Of a DNA stretch of 37,336 nt, positions 17,697 to 26,694 are shown piece after piece. The stretch comes from a virus. Lineage: Duplodnaviria; Caudoviricetes. Under the pieces are notes generated by a model that did not search any database, was not told the origin of the DNA, and saw only the letters and a list, made by a program, of their open reading frames with translations. The position numbers and the translations under genes were made by a program. Positions within the stretch are counted from its first letter, which is position 1. The number at the start of each line of letters is the position of its first letter. Where the stretch lies: IMG/VR virus record IMGVR_UViG_3300031779_000006, positions 1 to 37,336 of that record; one strand, 5' to 3'.

Positions 17697-18050
17697 GTGT
17701 CCGTGCTCACGTCAACCGGGAGGCATACGCGGCCCCGACCCCGTCAGCGAACGCCCTTCCGCCTCATCCTCCTCACGATCATCGTCCCGGTCGTGCTCGC
17801 CCTGCTCGTCGCGTCCGGTGAGCTCGGCCGTCACGGCTGGGCCAGCTTCATCTTCCGCGTGGCCGGGACGGGCGCGACCGCCGCCACTCCGGCCGACCTG
17901 AACCTGCCCAAGGTCCGCCCTGTGCCGCCGCCGCCGGTCATCGTGGTCATGGTCGTGCCGCAGCTCGCGCACGCCAAGACGATGACGGTGACCATCCTGG
18001 TCTGGAAGGGCGAGCACCTGCTGGTCGTGCCGAAGTGGCCGCTGCCGTGA
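17697..18050 (+). CDS. membrane protein
   Basis: SD GGGGAG, GTG; hydrophobic helix; GTGA overlap. Confidence 0.65.
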   Translation: MSVLTSTGRHTRPRPRQRTPFRLILLTIIVPVVLALLVASGELGRHGWASFIFRVAGTGATAATPADLNLPKVRPVPPPPVIVVMVVPQLAHAKTMTVTILVWKGEHLLVVPKWPLP

Positions 18051-18919
18051 CCGCCACCGCTACTCGTCCCGAGCGGACACTGTCCCGCAACCCGGTCGAT
18101 GCCTGGATGGACGGCAGCTACCGGTTCGCCGGCTCGGCAATCAAGCGCAAGACGATCGCCGTGATCCTGCTCGGGCTGCCCGCGCTGGCCCCGCTGTTCT
18201 TCATCTCCCGCCCGGTGATCGAGCGCAGCAGCAGCACCTTGACCGGCGTCAACGCCGACGTGCTCGGCAGCGGGTCGATGCTCCTGCTGCTGGCCACCCT
18301 GGCGATCACCCCGGCCGTCACGCTCACTGGCCAGCGGTGGTTCGTCCCGCTACGCCGCTGGTACGGAGTCGTGCTCGCCTGCAACGCCCTGGCCGACGCG
18401 ATCATCGCCTCGATCACGGGTGCGTTCACCGGGGGCGTTCCGGGGAGGATCTTCGGCCACACGTTCCTGCTGGCGGGGCTGATGATGGTGCTGGTCATGA
18501 TGCCGCTGGCGATCACCGCCAACGCGTGGTCGATGCACTGGCTCGGCCGGTACTGGCAGACCCTGCAGCGGTTCACTTACGCTGTTTGGGCACTGCTGTT
18601 CGTGCACCTGGCCCTGCTGGAAGGCTTCGGGATCCAGAACGGCCGCAACGGCCCGTCTGGTGCGGTTGACGGGACGCCGATAGAGCACCAGCGTTTGTAT
18701 CAGTTGATCGCGGTCTCGGTCATCCTGCTCGTGCTCCGCATCCCCCCGGTCCGCCGCTGGGTGACCGCGCAGCGTAAGGCCGACCGGGCGTGGCTGCCGT
18801 GGCTGGTGTTTCTGCCACTGATCATCCTGGCGGTTGTCGCGTATGCCTACATCATCAACGAACTGTGCTTTAAGGGCGTGGCCGCGTTCCGGATGCAGCT
18901 GCCTGGCGGCGACGGATAG
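18047..18919 (+). CDS. MsrQ/ferric-reductase-like transmembrane protein
   Basis: LATLAITP...LRRWYG...PLAITAN...LGRYWQTLQRFTY...FVHL; multiple TM helices. Confidence 0.8.
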   Translation: MTATATRPERTLSRNPVDAWMDGSYRFAGSAIKRKTIAVILLGLPALAPLFFISRPVIERSSSTLTGVNADVLGSGSMLLLLATLAITPAVTLTGQRWFVPLRRWYGVVLACNALADAIIASITGAFTGGVPGRIFGHTFLLAGLMMVLVMMPLAITANAWSMHWLGRYWQTLQRFTYAVWALLFVHLALLEGFGIQNGRNGPSGAVDGTPIEHQRLYQLIAVSVILLVLRIPPVRRWVTAQRKADRAWLPWLVFLPLIILAVVAYAYIINELCFKGVAAFRMQLPGGDG

Positions 18920-18943
18920 TTGTTCGATAACTGAGGAGGAACC

Positions 18944-19225
18944 GTGAAGATCACGAGAATCAGGATCCTGGCCCTGGCCTTTGTCCTGGCGCTGATCGGG
19001 TCAGTGGCCGGCGTCGCCAGCGCCGCGCTGGCTTCCCCGCACTACGTGAACAACGCGCAGGGGGCCGCAGCCTACGCGCAGCAGGAGCTGAAGCACTACC
19101 GGGCCATCCCGAACGGCACGCACTACCGGGTGAGCTGCACCGGCCACTACATTTACGGGCAAGGTACCGTTGCGGGTCACTACCCGGTCAAGGTGGTCTG
19201 CTACCTGCACCCGCGCAACAGGTGA
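18944..19225 (+). CDS. small secreted protein
   Basis: SD GAGGAG, signal peptide, two Cys. Confidence 0.75.
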   Translation: MKITRIRILALAFVLALIGSVAGVASAALASPHYVNNAQGAAAYAQQELKHYRAIPNGTHYRVSCTGHYIYGQGTVAGHYPVKVVCYLHPRNR

Positions 19226-19240
19226 GCTAAGATCGGCCGG

Positions 19241-19408
19241 GTGGCGGACAACACCTGCACCTGCGTCCTGGGTCACCGGGATCACAGCGAGGGCTGCGCG
19301 TGCACTACTACGGTCATGGACTGCGTGGTGCACGGTGACAGCCAGGTCGGCCTGGATGAGCGCGCGGTCGTGGAAGCGTACTATGCGGCGCACCCGGAGC
19401 TGGCGTAA
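19241..19408 (+). CDS. small Cys/His-rich protein (55 aa), not in ORF track
   Basis: GTG start; CTC..H..H...CAC...CVVHG. Confidence 0.5.
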   Translation: MADNTCTCVLGHRDHSEGCACTTTVMDCVVHGDSQVGLDERAVVEAYYAAHPELA

Positions 19409-19409
19409 C

Positions 19410-19425
19410 TTCCCATCGGTGGGAG
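19410..19425. repeat. near-palindromic repeat copy 2 (TTCCCATCGGTGGGAG)
   Basis: Identical to 9527-9542. Confidence 0.85.
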
Positions 19426-19441
19426 ATAGTGATTGAAGATC

Positions 19442-19465
19442 GCCCGCGGCCGTTAGGGAGCCGGG
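19442..19465 (+). promoter_or_regulatory. leader hairpin motif copy 1 (small terminase)
   Basis: GCCCGCGGCC-GTTAG-GGAGCCGGG. Confidence 0.75.
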
Positions 19466-19483
19466 TTCCGGAGAGGAGTCCCG

Positions 19484-19846
19484 GTGCCCGAGCCGTCAGA
19501 ACTCGATCGGCTGGTGCTCGGCCCTGATGCCGCGTTCGCCGAGGCCGCGTCCCCGCCGCCGAAGACGCCGCCGCGCCGCAAGGGCAAGATCGAGCTCGCG
19601 GTCGGCCGGGATCTGCGTGCCATGCCCGCCGCACTGCGCGCCTCCGCGCTGGCTGCCTCCGCCCTGGACCTGGCCCGCGACCTGGACGAAACCGAGATGA
19701 CCCCGCGTGACAAGGCCGGGATCGCGCGCGAGCTGCGCATGCACATGAATGACCTGGCCGCGCAGGCGCCTGGCGAGCGCAAAGGCGACTCCACCGACGA
19801 GGTCCGGGAGCGGCGCGAGCGGCGGCTGGCCGCGACCGGGGAATAA
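19484..19846 (+). CDS. terS: terminase small subunit (probable)
   Basis: Helical ALDLARDLD...ARELR...DEVRERRERR pattern typical of actinophage TerS; upstream of TerL. Confidence 0.7.
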   Translation: MPEPSELDRLVLGPDAAFAEAASPPPKTPPRRKGKIELAVGRDLRAMPAALRASALAASALDLARDLDETEMTPRDKAGIARELRMHMNDLAAQAPGERKGDSTDEVRERRERRLAATGE

Positions 19847-20148
19847 CCCGCCCCTTACGGTATGCTCTTAGTATCCAAGACAAATTACCGAGCAAGGATA
19901 CTGATGGGCACATTCCGCGAGGAGATGGCATCCCGGCAGGTGACCCCGGTCTGGCTTAACCTGTATCAGCTGGGAGCAGGCGCCGTCTGATGGCATCGCA
20001 ACCGAGCGGGCTATGACTGCGCGGGCGATGTGCCAGTACGGGCCGGCGCTCGCCGAGTTGAAGGAATACGACGAGTTACAGTCTTACACGGTATCCTTAT
20101 CAGCAGTAGCGGCCGGGAGCTAGGCCCGGCCAGGACACGAGGAGACAC

Positions 20149-20943
20149 ATGCAGATCACGCGAACCGAGACGCCGACCGGCGGCCTGAACCGCACCCGAC
20201 GCGAGGAGATCGTCCCGCTCAACACCGGCTCCCGCGAGGTGGAGCCCGAGTTCTACCTGGACAGCTCCGAGTCCGAGGGCTGGCCCTGGGACAGCGACCC
20301 GTCCCGGAACACCTGGGACATCCAGGTCCCGGCGATGCGCGGCGTTCTCGTCCCGTTCGAGCAGCTGGACTCCCAGGCCGCGGACGAGCAGGCCGGCGGG
20401 TCCGACGAGGAGGGCGGCGTCTTCGCCTACGGGTTCAGCAACCGCTACCAGATGTTCGGCAGCGAGCCGGACGACGGCGACCTGAACAGCTCCAACGTCG
20501 ACCGCAAGCTGGCGGACTACATCGCCAAGTACTTCGACCGCGAGGGCAAGCCCCGCGGCGGCACCGAGATCATGGAGGCGATCAAGGCCGCCGACAGGCG
20601 CTACATGGGCGAGTTCCGCAAGGACGACCGGGACGAGCGCCCGGTCCGCGCCCGCGTCGTGTTCACTGACGGGGCGCTCCGCGACGCCGACGCGTTCCGC
20701 AGGTACCTGGCCCAGGCCACCCTGGACAAGGAAACCGGCTACGGCTCGCACGGCGACTGGGACGAGGTCTGGGCCATCGCCATCATCGGCCCGGCCGAGG
20801 GCGGCGGCAACGAGGCCCACCGGCAGTACCAGGACCTGGCCGCGGATCACCCCTGGATCCACAGCTACAACTTCGAGGCCGTCGTCAACCCCGACGAGAT
20901 CGCCGAGGACATCGCCGTCGCGGTGGTGCCCACCCAGGCGTAA
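20149..20943 (+). CDS. vWA-domain (MIDAS) protein
   Basis: FYLDSSES (DxSxS), GGTEIMEAI, VVFTDG; SD GAGGAG; TATCCT -10 upstream. Confidence 0.75.
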   Translation: MQITRTETPTGGLNRTRREEIVPLNTGSREVEPEFYLDSSESEGWPWDSDPSRNTWDIQVPAMRGVLVPFEQLDSQAADEQAGGSDEEGGVFAYGFSNRYQMFGSEPDDGDLNSSNVDRKLADYIAKYFDREGKPRGGTEIMEAIKAADRRYMGEFRKDDRDERPVRARVVFTDGALRDADAFRRYLAQATLDKETGYGSHGDWDEVWAIAIIGPAEGGGNEAHRQYQDLAADHPWIHSYNFEAVVNPDEIAEDIAVAVVPTQA

Positions 20944-20992
20944 CCCCAGAGCCGTAGTCCAGCTGCCGCGGCGGGGCTACGCTTAGCACCAA

Positions 20993-21017
20993 GCCCGCGG
21001 CCTAAGACGGAGCCGGG
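20993..21017 (+). promoter_or_regulatory. leader hairpin motif copy 2 (large terminase)
   Basis: GCCCGCGGCC-TAAGAC-GGAGCCGGG, preceded by TACGCT. Confidence 0.75.
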
Positions 21018-21052
21018 ATTTCCTCTCCCCCCGGGAGGTCCCGGCTCCTGTC

Positions 21053-22732
21053 ATGTCCGTCCTCACCGTCGTACCGGATGTCTGGCTGCCAGACGGCACC
21101 GTGCTGCGCGGCCAGGATGCTCTCGGCGTGCAGCAGCCCAGATTCTGGACCGCTCCGCCCCGGCACCGGGTCAAGACCGATGGCTGCCCGGCCTGCGCGA
21201 ACGCCGACTACGCCGCCGGCTGCGGGGACTATGCCTCGGCCGACATGCTCGAATGGGCGGCCGGGCTCGGCTACGACCTGGATCCGTGGCAGCAGTGGTG
21301 GCTGACCGAGCTGTGCGGGACCAAGCCGGACGGCCGCTGGTCCGCGTTCGAGGGCATGCTGATCTGCTCCCGGCAGAACGGGAAGAACCAGGCTGCTGAG
21401 GTGCGGGAACTCGCTGGCATGTTCTTGTTCGGCGAGTCGATGATCATCCATACCGCTCATGAGTTCAAGGCCGCCGCGGAGCATTTCCGCCGGGTCCGGG
21501 ACATGGTCACCGGCTGGGACGAGCTGCGCCGCCGGGTCAAGGCCGTCACCACCTCCCACGGCGACGAGGCCATCGAGCTGCGGCCCGCCCCGACGCTGAT
21601 CTTCGGCTCCGGCGGCCGGCGCATCCGCCGCAACGTCGCCGCCCGGCTGCGGTTCCTGGCCCGCTCCCGCGGATCGGGCCGCGCGTTCACCGCCGACACG
21701 GTGGTTTACGACGAAGCGATGATCTTGAGCGACGAAGTGGTCGGGGCCTCGCTGCCGACCCTGAGCGCCGTGCCGAACCCGCAGGTCATCTACATGGCCA
21801 GCGCCGGTTACCGGGACTCCATCCAGCTGGCCGCGGTGCGTCGCCGGGTGCTCAAGCGCGACCCCACGCTGATGGGCGCCGAGTGGTCGATCAACCCGCA
21901 CACCGACACCTGCCCGCGCGATGAGATGCGGGGCCGCAAAGTCAACCGGTACGTGGTCTGCGCACAGCACGACGACCGGGATGACCCGCGCTCCTGGGCC
22001 AAGGCCAACCCGGCGCTCGGCGTGCGGATCGCCGTCGACCACGTCGTGCACGAGCTGGAGGCGATGACCGCCCCGACGTTCGACCGGGAAAGGCTCGGCG
22101 TCGGCGACTGGCCGGCCGGGGACGAAGCCTGGGCGGTGATCAGCGAGGAGGCGTGGGGCGCCTGCGCGATGTCCGACCCCGGTGGCGCCACCCGGCCGGT
22201 TACCTTCGCCATCGACATCGACCCCGATATGCTGTCCGCCTCCATCGCCGCCTGCTGGGAGCGGCCCGCCCAGCCCGGCAGCCCGGAGCCCAGGTTCGTG
22301 ATCGAGATCCCGCGCGGCTGCCACCGGGAGGGCACCGCCTGGATCATGCCGCAGCTGCTGGAGCTGCGCCGTAAGTGGAAGCCTGCCGCTGTCGCTATCC
22401 CGCGCAACGGCCCGGCCGCCGCGCTGATCAGTGACGCCGAGAAGCAGGGCATGGAGATCTTCGCGATGTCCAGCGCGGACGAGGCCGCCGCGTTCACCCT
22501 GCTGGTCACCGGGGTCCGCGACCGGACCCTCCTGCACCTGGGCCGCGAGCTCGCTCCCGGCCTGCACTCCGCGGTAGCCAGTGCCGAGACCCGCGACGTC
22601 GGCGACGGCGGCCGGGCCTGGTGCCGCCGCGACTCCGCATCCGACATCACCCCCGTTACCAGCGCGACCAACGCGCACTGGGCGCTGAACCGCAAGCGCC
22701 GTCATTACGATCTTTTGGCTTCAGTCAGGTAG
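21053..22732 (+). CDS. terL: terminase large subunit
   Basis: LDPWQ, SRQNGKN (Walker A), VVYDEA (Walker B), WAKANPALG, FAIDID nuclease, SDITPVTS. Confidence 0.95.
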   Translation: MSVLTVVPDVWLPDGTVLRGQDALGVQQPRFWTAPPRHRVKTDGCPACANADYAAGCGDYASADMLEWAAGLGYDLDPWQQWWLTELCGTKPDGRWSAFEGMLICSRQNGKNQAAEVRELAGMFLFGESMIIHTAHEFKAAAEHFRRVRDMVTGWDELRRRVKAVTTSHGDEAIELRPAPTLIFGSGGRRIRRNVAARLRFLARSRGSGRAFTADTVVYDEAMILSDEVVGASLPTLSAVPNPQVIYMASAGYRDSIQLAAVRRRVLKRDPTLMGAEWSINPHTDTCPRDEMRGRKVNRYVVCAQHDDRDDPRSWAKANPALGVRIAVDHVVHELEAMTAPTFDRERLGVGDWPAGDEAWAVISEEAWGACAMSDPGGATRPVTFAIDIDPDMLSASIAACWERPAQPGSPEPRFVIEIPRGCHREGTAWIMPQLLELRRKWKPAAVAIPRNGPAAALISDAEKQGMEIFAMSSADEAAAFTLLVTGVRDRTLLHLGRELAPGLHSAVASAETRDVGDGGRAWCRRDSASDITPVTSATNAHWALNRKRRHYDLLASVR

Positions 22733-22738
22733 GCAGAC

Positions 22739-23068
22739 ATGAACGGGCTAGACGAGGCCGCCGTGGTGGCCAGGCAGGACCTGATCGCAGCCGACCCCCG
22801 GGCGCCCTGGGATGTCCTGGTGCTGGCCGGCCACGTGCAGCCGTACATCGAGGCCGCGCAGGACCCCCGGGTGAGCATCGACATCCTGCCCGTGCCGCTA
22901 CCGCCACGATCAGCCAGCAAGACCGGCACCGAAGACACCGCAGGAGGAGACCATGCCGCCCAGGACCCATCACACCACAGCCGAAGCAGCCGAGCCGGAA
23001 GCGGCGCCGGGCACCAGCCCGGTACCCGGAAAACCGCTGAGCCAGGTGGAGGCGGAAGCACCGCCTGA
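22739..23068 (+). CDS. hypothetical protein
   Basis: SD AGGTAGG; plausible N-terminal half; 3' end overlaps next ORF by 116 nt. Confidence 0.5.
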   Translation: MNGLDEAAVVARQDLIAADPRAPWDVLVLAGHVQPYIEAAQDPRVSIDILPVPLPPRSASKTGTEDTAGGDHAAQDPSHHSRSSRAGSGAGHQPGTRKTAEPGGGGSTA

Positions 23069-23216
23069 CGAGGAGACCGCCGCGCTGTGGGCCGCCGAGT
23101 ACGAGTCCCGGATGGGGGCTCATGAGGCCGCCCTGGCCGCGGCTGCGGCACCCGCTGAGGCCGAAGCCGCCGAGGAGACGAGCAACCCGCGGGACTGGTC
23201 ACCGTCTGAGTTATAG
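22953..23216 (+). CDS. acidic Ala/Glu-rich hypothetical protein
   Basis: Strong SD AGGAGGAG, high GC3. Confidence 0.7.
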   Translation: MPPRTHHTTAEAAEPEAAPGTSPVPGKPLSQVEAEAPPDEETAALWAAEYESRMGAHEAALAAAAAPAEAEAAEETSNPRDWSPSEL

Positions 23217-23279
23217 CCGCGTACACCCTCTATATAGTCGGCGCGCGGCGCTTACCCCACGCCAGATCGGAAAAAAGTT

Positions 23280-23585
23280 ATGACAACTTTGAGTGAGCGC
23301 CCGGCTCCGCTCCCGGACCGGATCCAGGAGGACCGCACCGAGCGGGCCGAGGCCGCCGGCGCCGTCGCGGAACAGGTCCACGGCCGGGCCGTGCTCACCG
23401 CCATCGGCGCGGTGTTCTTCGCCATCGGCTGGGTGATCGGAGCCGTCGTGAGCATCCTCGGGTACATGTGGGGCGCGCTCCGGTTCGGGTACGCCCAGGG
23501 CCGGATGGTCGTGCCGTCGCCGCCCCGGACGCCGAGCCAGCCTAGGCCGGCGAGCAGCGGTGCCTTACCAGGTCACCCCGGTTGA
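23280..23585 (+). CDS. membrane protein
   Basis: Long hydrophobic segment; TATAGT -10-like element upstream. Confidence 0.7.
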   Translation: MTTLSERPAPLPDRIQEDRTERAEAAGAVAEQVHGRAVLTAIGAVFFAIGWVIGAVVSILGYMWGALRFGYAQGRMVVPSPPRTPSQPRPASSGALPGHPG

Positions 23586-23781
23586 CGGCGGCTTCAAGGT
23601 GGTCAACACCGAGACCGGCAAGATGGTCAACCCGGGCGGCAGGCCGCTGCCGCACGTGATCGCCACCAAGCAGTTTCGGGTGCTGTCCGGACTGGAGAAC
23701 GGCTGGGCGCCGACCGGTGAGCCGTCCGAGCTGACCCCGGACGACAAACCTGACCTGTACGCCTGGGACAGCGCCAGCTGA
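23560..23781 (+). CDS. hypothetical protein
   Basis: MPYQV...FKVVNTETGK pattern, high GC3. Confidence 0.7.
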   Translation: MPYQVTPVDGGFKVVNTETGKMVNPGGRPLPHVIATKQFRVLSGLENGWAPTGEPSELTPDDKPDLYAWDSAS

Positions 23782-23793
23782 TCCGGACGGCCG

Positions 23794-24069
23794 CTACCCG
23801 CGCCGGCCGCCGGTCGCCTGCCGCAGCGCCCGGGCTGCGCCGGACCCGCCCGGGTAGCGGAACGCGCGCTGCTGCGCCGAGCCGGCCGGGGCGGCGCTGC
23901 GGTCCCCGTCCACGCCGGGTTCACCCATGTTGTCTTCCATGGCGTTCATGTGGTCGCCGGCGGCGCTCATGTGGGCCTTGGCCATCGCCAGGTGCCCGGC
24001 CGGGCTCATGTCCGGGGCGCCGTCGTCGTGCGCGTCCAGGTCGGTCTTCGGGGTCTTGTCGTCGGCCAT
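23794..24069 (-). CDS. hypothetical protein
   Basis: SD GAGGAGGAG on minus strand, high GC3. Confidence 0.75.
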   Translation of the reverse strand: MADDKTPKTDLDAHDDGAPDMSPAGHLAMAKAHMSAAGDHMNAMEDNMGEPGVDGDRSAAPAGSAQQRAFRYPGGSGAARALRQATGGRRG

Positions 24070-24192
24070 CTCTCCTCCTCGTGCCGGGGATGGCCGCCGG
24101 CTCCGCGGGCACCGGGCCGCAGCGGCTAGCCTTCAGTATGACCCAGGTTCCGCCGTCTCGCCCGAAGGCCCGCCGCGTCCGATAATGGTGGC

Positions 24193-24351
24193 ATGCAGCT
24201 GATAGTGGACCTGGATGACGGGACCGGCCGGGACAAGCTGATGGAGATCCTGGACACACTGTCCGCCTACCGCCCGTATGTGCGCACGGCGATCATCGTG
24301 GCCAGCTACGATCCGGCCCAGGTGGAGCCGCCCGCCGAGACGGTGGCGTGA
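24193..24351 (+). CDS. small hypothetical protein (52 aa), possibly leaderless; not in ORF track
   Basis: GATAAT 6 nt before ATG; MQLIVDLDDG... Confidence 0.6.
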   Translation: MQLIVDLDDGTGRDKLMEILDTLSAYRPYVRTAIIVASYDPAQVEPPAETVA

Positions 24352-24506
24352 TGGCCGCGGTGATCGTCCGGCTGGAATGCGCCGACACCGGAGAGGCCGA
24401 TCAGCTCGCCGCGGCCGTCCGGGACGCCGGGGTGCTGACATACCAGGCCCGCGAGGACGGCAGGACGATCTTCATTCACGTCACCGAGACCATGGTCGAA
24501 CCGTGA
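24351..24506 (+). CDS. small hypothetical protein (51 aa), not in ORF track
   Basis: TGATG overlap; MAAVIVRLEC... Confidence 0.6.
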   Translation: MAAVIVRLECADTGEADQLAAAVRDAGVLTYQAREDGRTIFIHVTETMVEP

Positions 24507-24700
24507 TCCTCATCGAGCAGCATGCCGGATTCTGCAGGCGACGGCGGCCAGGCTGCGGCGAAGCGGGCATCTGGAAACCCTTCTACCAGGGCTTCATCTG
24601 CGAGAACTGCCTGCTGCTCGATCAGGCTGACGTCCGGGCCGGGCGCAATCCTCCCGGTGACGGCGGCGTCGGCACGCTGTTCCGCCAGGCGGACGAATGA
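24503..24700 (+). CDS. small four-Cys protein (65 aa)
   Basis: GTGA overlap; C-x6-C...CENC. Confidence 0.6.
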   Translation: MILIEQHAGFCRRRRPGCGEAGIWKPFYQGFICENCLLLDQADVRAGRNPPGDGGVGTLFRQADE

Positions 24701-24939
24701 GCGATCCTCCCGCCGATGAGAACATCGTCTCGGTGCACATCCCGTCTGCCGCGCTGGCCGGCGAGATCGAGTTCGCGATCGCCTACACCATCGCGTGCAA
24801 CCCGGGCCGTAATTTCGCCGCGCCGCCGGATCGCAAGCTGCTCGCCGAGGCGATCGTGGCCATGCTGTACGAGCGCGCGGAGGCCGGGCTGTCAGGAATG
24901 AGGATCGAAAACGCCGGCCAGCCTGGCGGGAGTTCATAA
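24697..24939 (+). CDS. hypothetical protein
   Basis: ATGA overlap. Confidence 0.6.
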   Translation: MSDPPADENIVSVHIPSAALAGEIEFAIAYTIACNPGRNFAAPPDRKLLAEAIVAMLYERAEAGLSGMRIENAGQPGGSS

Positions 24940-24965
24940 ACAGACGTAACCTTGCGTTAGCCATA

Positions 24966-24989
24966 GCCCGCGGCCGGAACGGAGCCGGG
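24966..24989 (+). promoter_or_regulatory. leader hairpin motif copy 3 (portal)
   Basis: GCCCGCGGCC-GGAAC-GGAGCCGGG, preceded by TAACCT. Confidence 0.75.
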
Positions 24990-25108
24990 TCCGTCCGTCC
25001 GTCCGCAGGGGAGCCTTCAGGTCCGTGAAGGCGATCGAGCGTATCACCTGCCGCGTCAGCGGTTCTTCTGCGCACCCTCTTTCGTGTGAGAGGGGGTGAT
25101 ATGGGAGT

Positions 25109-26679
25109 ATGGGACTTTTCGAGCGTATCCAGTCGAGCAGGGCTGAGACACGTGTGATTGGCGGGGTGCCTTGGCGCCCTTGGGACAGTCCTTACTGGTT
25201 AGGCGTTTTGATACTGGAGGGCCTGTCCATCCTAGTAGACAGGTTTTCGGCACCGACCGGGCTCTCGGTCTGCCCGCCCTGTACGCCGGCACCAACCTGC
25301 TGGCGTCCTCGTGCGCGGCGCTGCCGCTGAAGCTGTACGTCAAGCCCGGCCCGCGTGACAACCGGACCCGGCGGTACACCGGCCCGTCGATTTTCGACAA
25401 CCCGAGCTCCACCGGAACGATTTTCGACTGGCTGTTCACGGCCATGACGTCGCTGCTGCTGCAGGGCAACGCGTGGGGGTACATCACCGGGCGCGACGGC
25501 TACGGGCTGCCCAGCGGCATTGAGTGGATCCCGCCCGAGGACGTCAACGTCACCGACGACGAGATGCAGCCGTGGAACCCGATGCGTGCCCGGATCTACG
25601 TCTACGGCCGGCTGATGGACCGCAGCGAGCTGTTCCACGTCAAGGCGTTCAGCTTGCCCGGGCGCATCGAGGGGATTTCCCCGCTGCGCGCGTTCGCGCT
25701 GACCATCCTGTCCGGGTTGGAGGCCGAGCGCTACGGGACCGACTGGTATATGGCCGGGGGTTTCCCACCTGGGACTTTCCAGAACAACGAGCTGGAGGTC
25801 TCCGACGAGCAGGCCCAGGAGATCCGGGCCATGCTCGTGTCCACGATGCGCCGCCGTGAGCCGCTGGTGTACGGACGCGACTGGGACTACAAGCCAGTAG
25901 TGGTGCCGCCGAGCGAAGCGCAGTTCATTGAGGCGCTACGGATGAATGCGACGCAGATTGCCTCGGTGCTAAACCTGCCACCAGATCGCATTGGTGGTAC
26001 TCGCGGGGACAGCTTGACCTATAATACTGTAGAGCAAAGCACACTGCAAGTTATAGAAGCGTTGCGGCCGTGGCTCGTGAGGCTGGAGACGGCGTTCTTC
26101 AACCTGCTGCCGACCAACCGGTACTGCCGCTTCAACAGCGATGCCATGCTCAAGACCGATCTCAAGACCCGCACCGAGATCTACGACCTGCAGCGCTCAA
26201 TGGGCCTGCGGTCCATTGACGAGATGCGCGACCTGGAGGACCTGGAACCGATCCCCGGCGGGCAGGGCAACGAGTACATCCCCCTGGACGTCATGGTGGC
26301 GATGGCCCGGTCGATCCGCGGCATCCCCAAGTCGATGGAGTCGGCGATCGACCTGGAGATGGACCTGGCGGCCGACAAGCTGCAGGACCTGGCCAAGGAA
26401 GGGCTCGCCGCGCCGACTCCCGCGCCGACTCCCGAGGTTCCCTCGGCGGAGCAGATGCTCGGGCAGATCATCGGATCCCAGCGGCACTACGGCACGCGCG
26501 AGGAGCGCGACGACGCCGAGCTCATCTGGAATTTCCTGCAGGCCAAGCGCGCGGCGGAGCGCGCCCAGGCCCACCGGCAGGCGGACGGCCCCGAGTTCGT
26601 GGGCGCCTGGATCCCGAGCAAGCGGGACCTGGTGCTGTCCGGGGCGAATGGCAGCGGAAACGGCGGCGATGGTCACTGA
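25109..26679 (+). CDS. HK97-family portal protein, reading frame broken near 25199-25203 (alternative TTG starts 25171/25180)
   Basis: LLLQGNAWGYI, LFHVK...GISPL, SEAQFIE...IASVLNLPP..IG, YNTVEQ, SIDEMRDLEDLEPIPGG; portal-like N-terminus MGLFERI lies in another frame. Confidence 0.9.
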
Positions 26680-26694
26680 TGAAAGGTCTGTTAC

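Noticed and set aside
25761-25774. TTCCCACCTGGGA as a fourth palindrome copy
   Set aside because: Spacer is 2 bp shorter and it lies in portal coding sequence.
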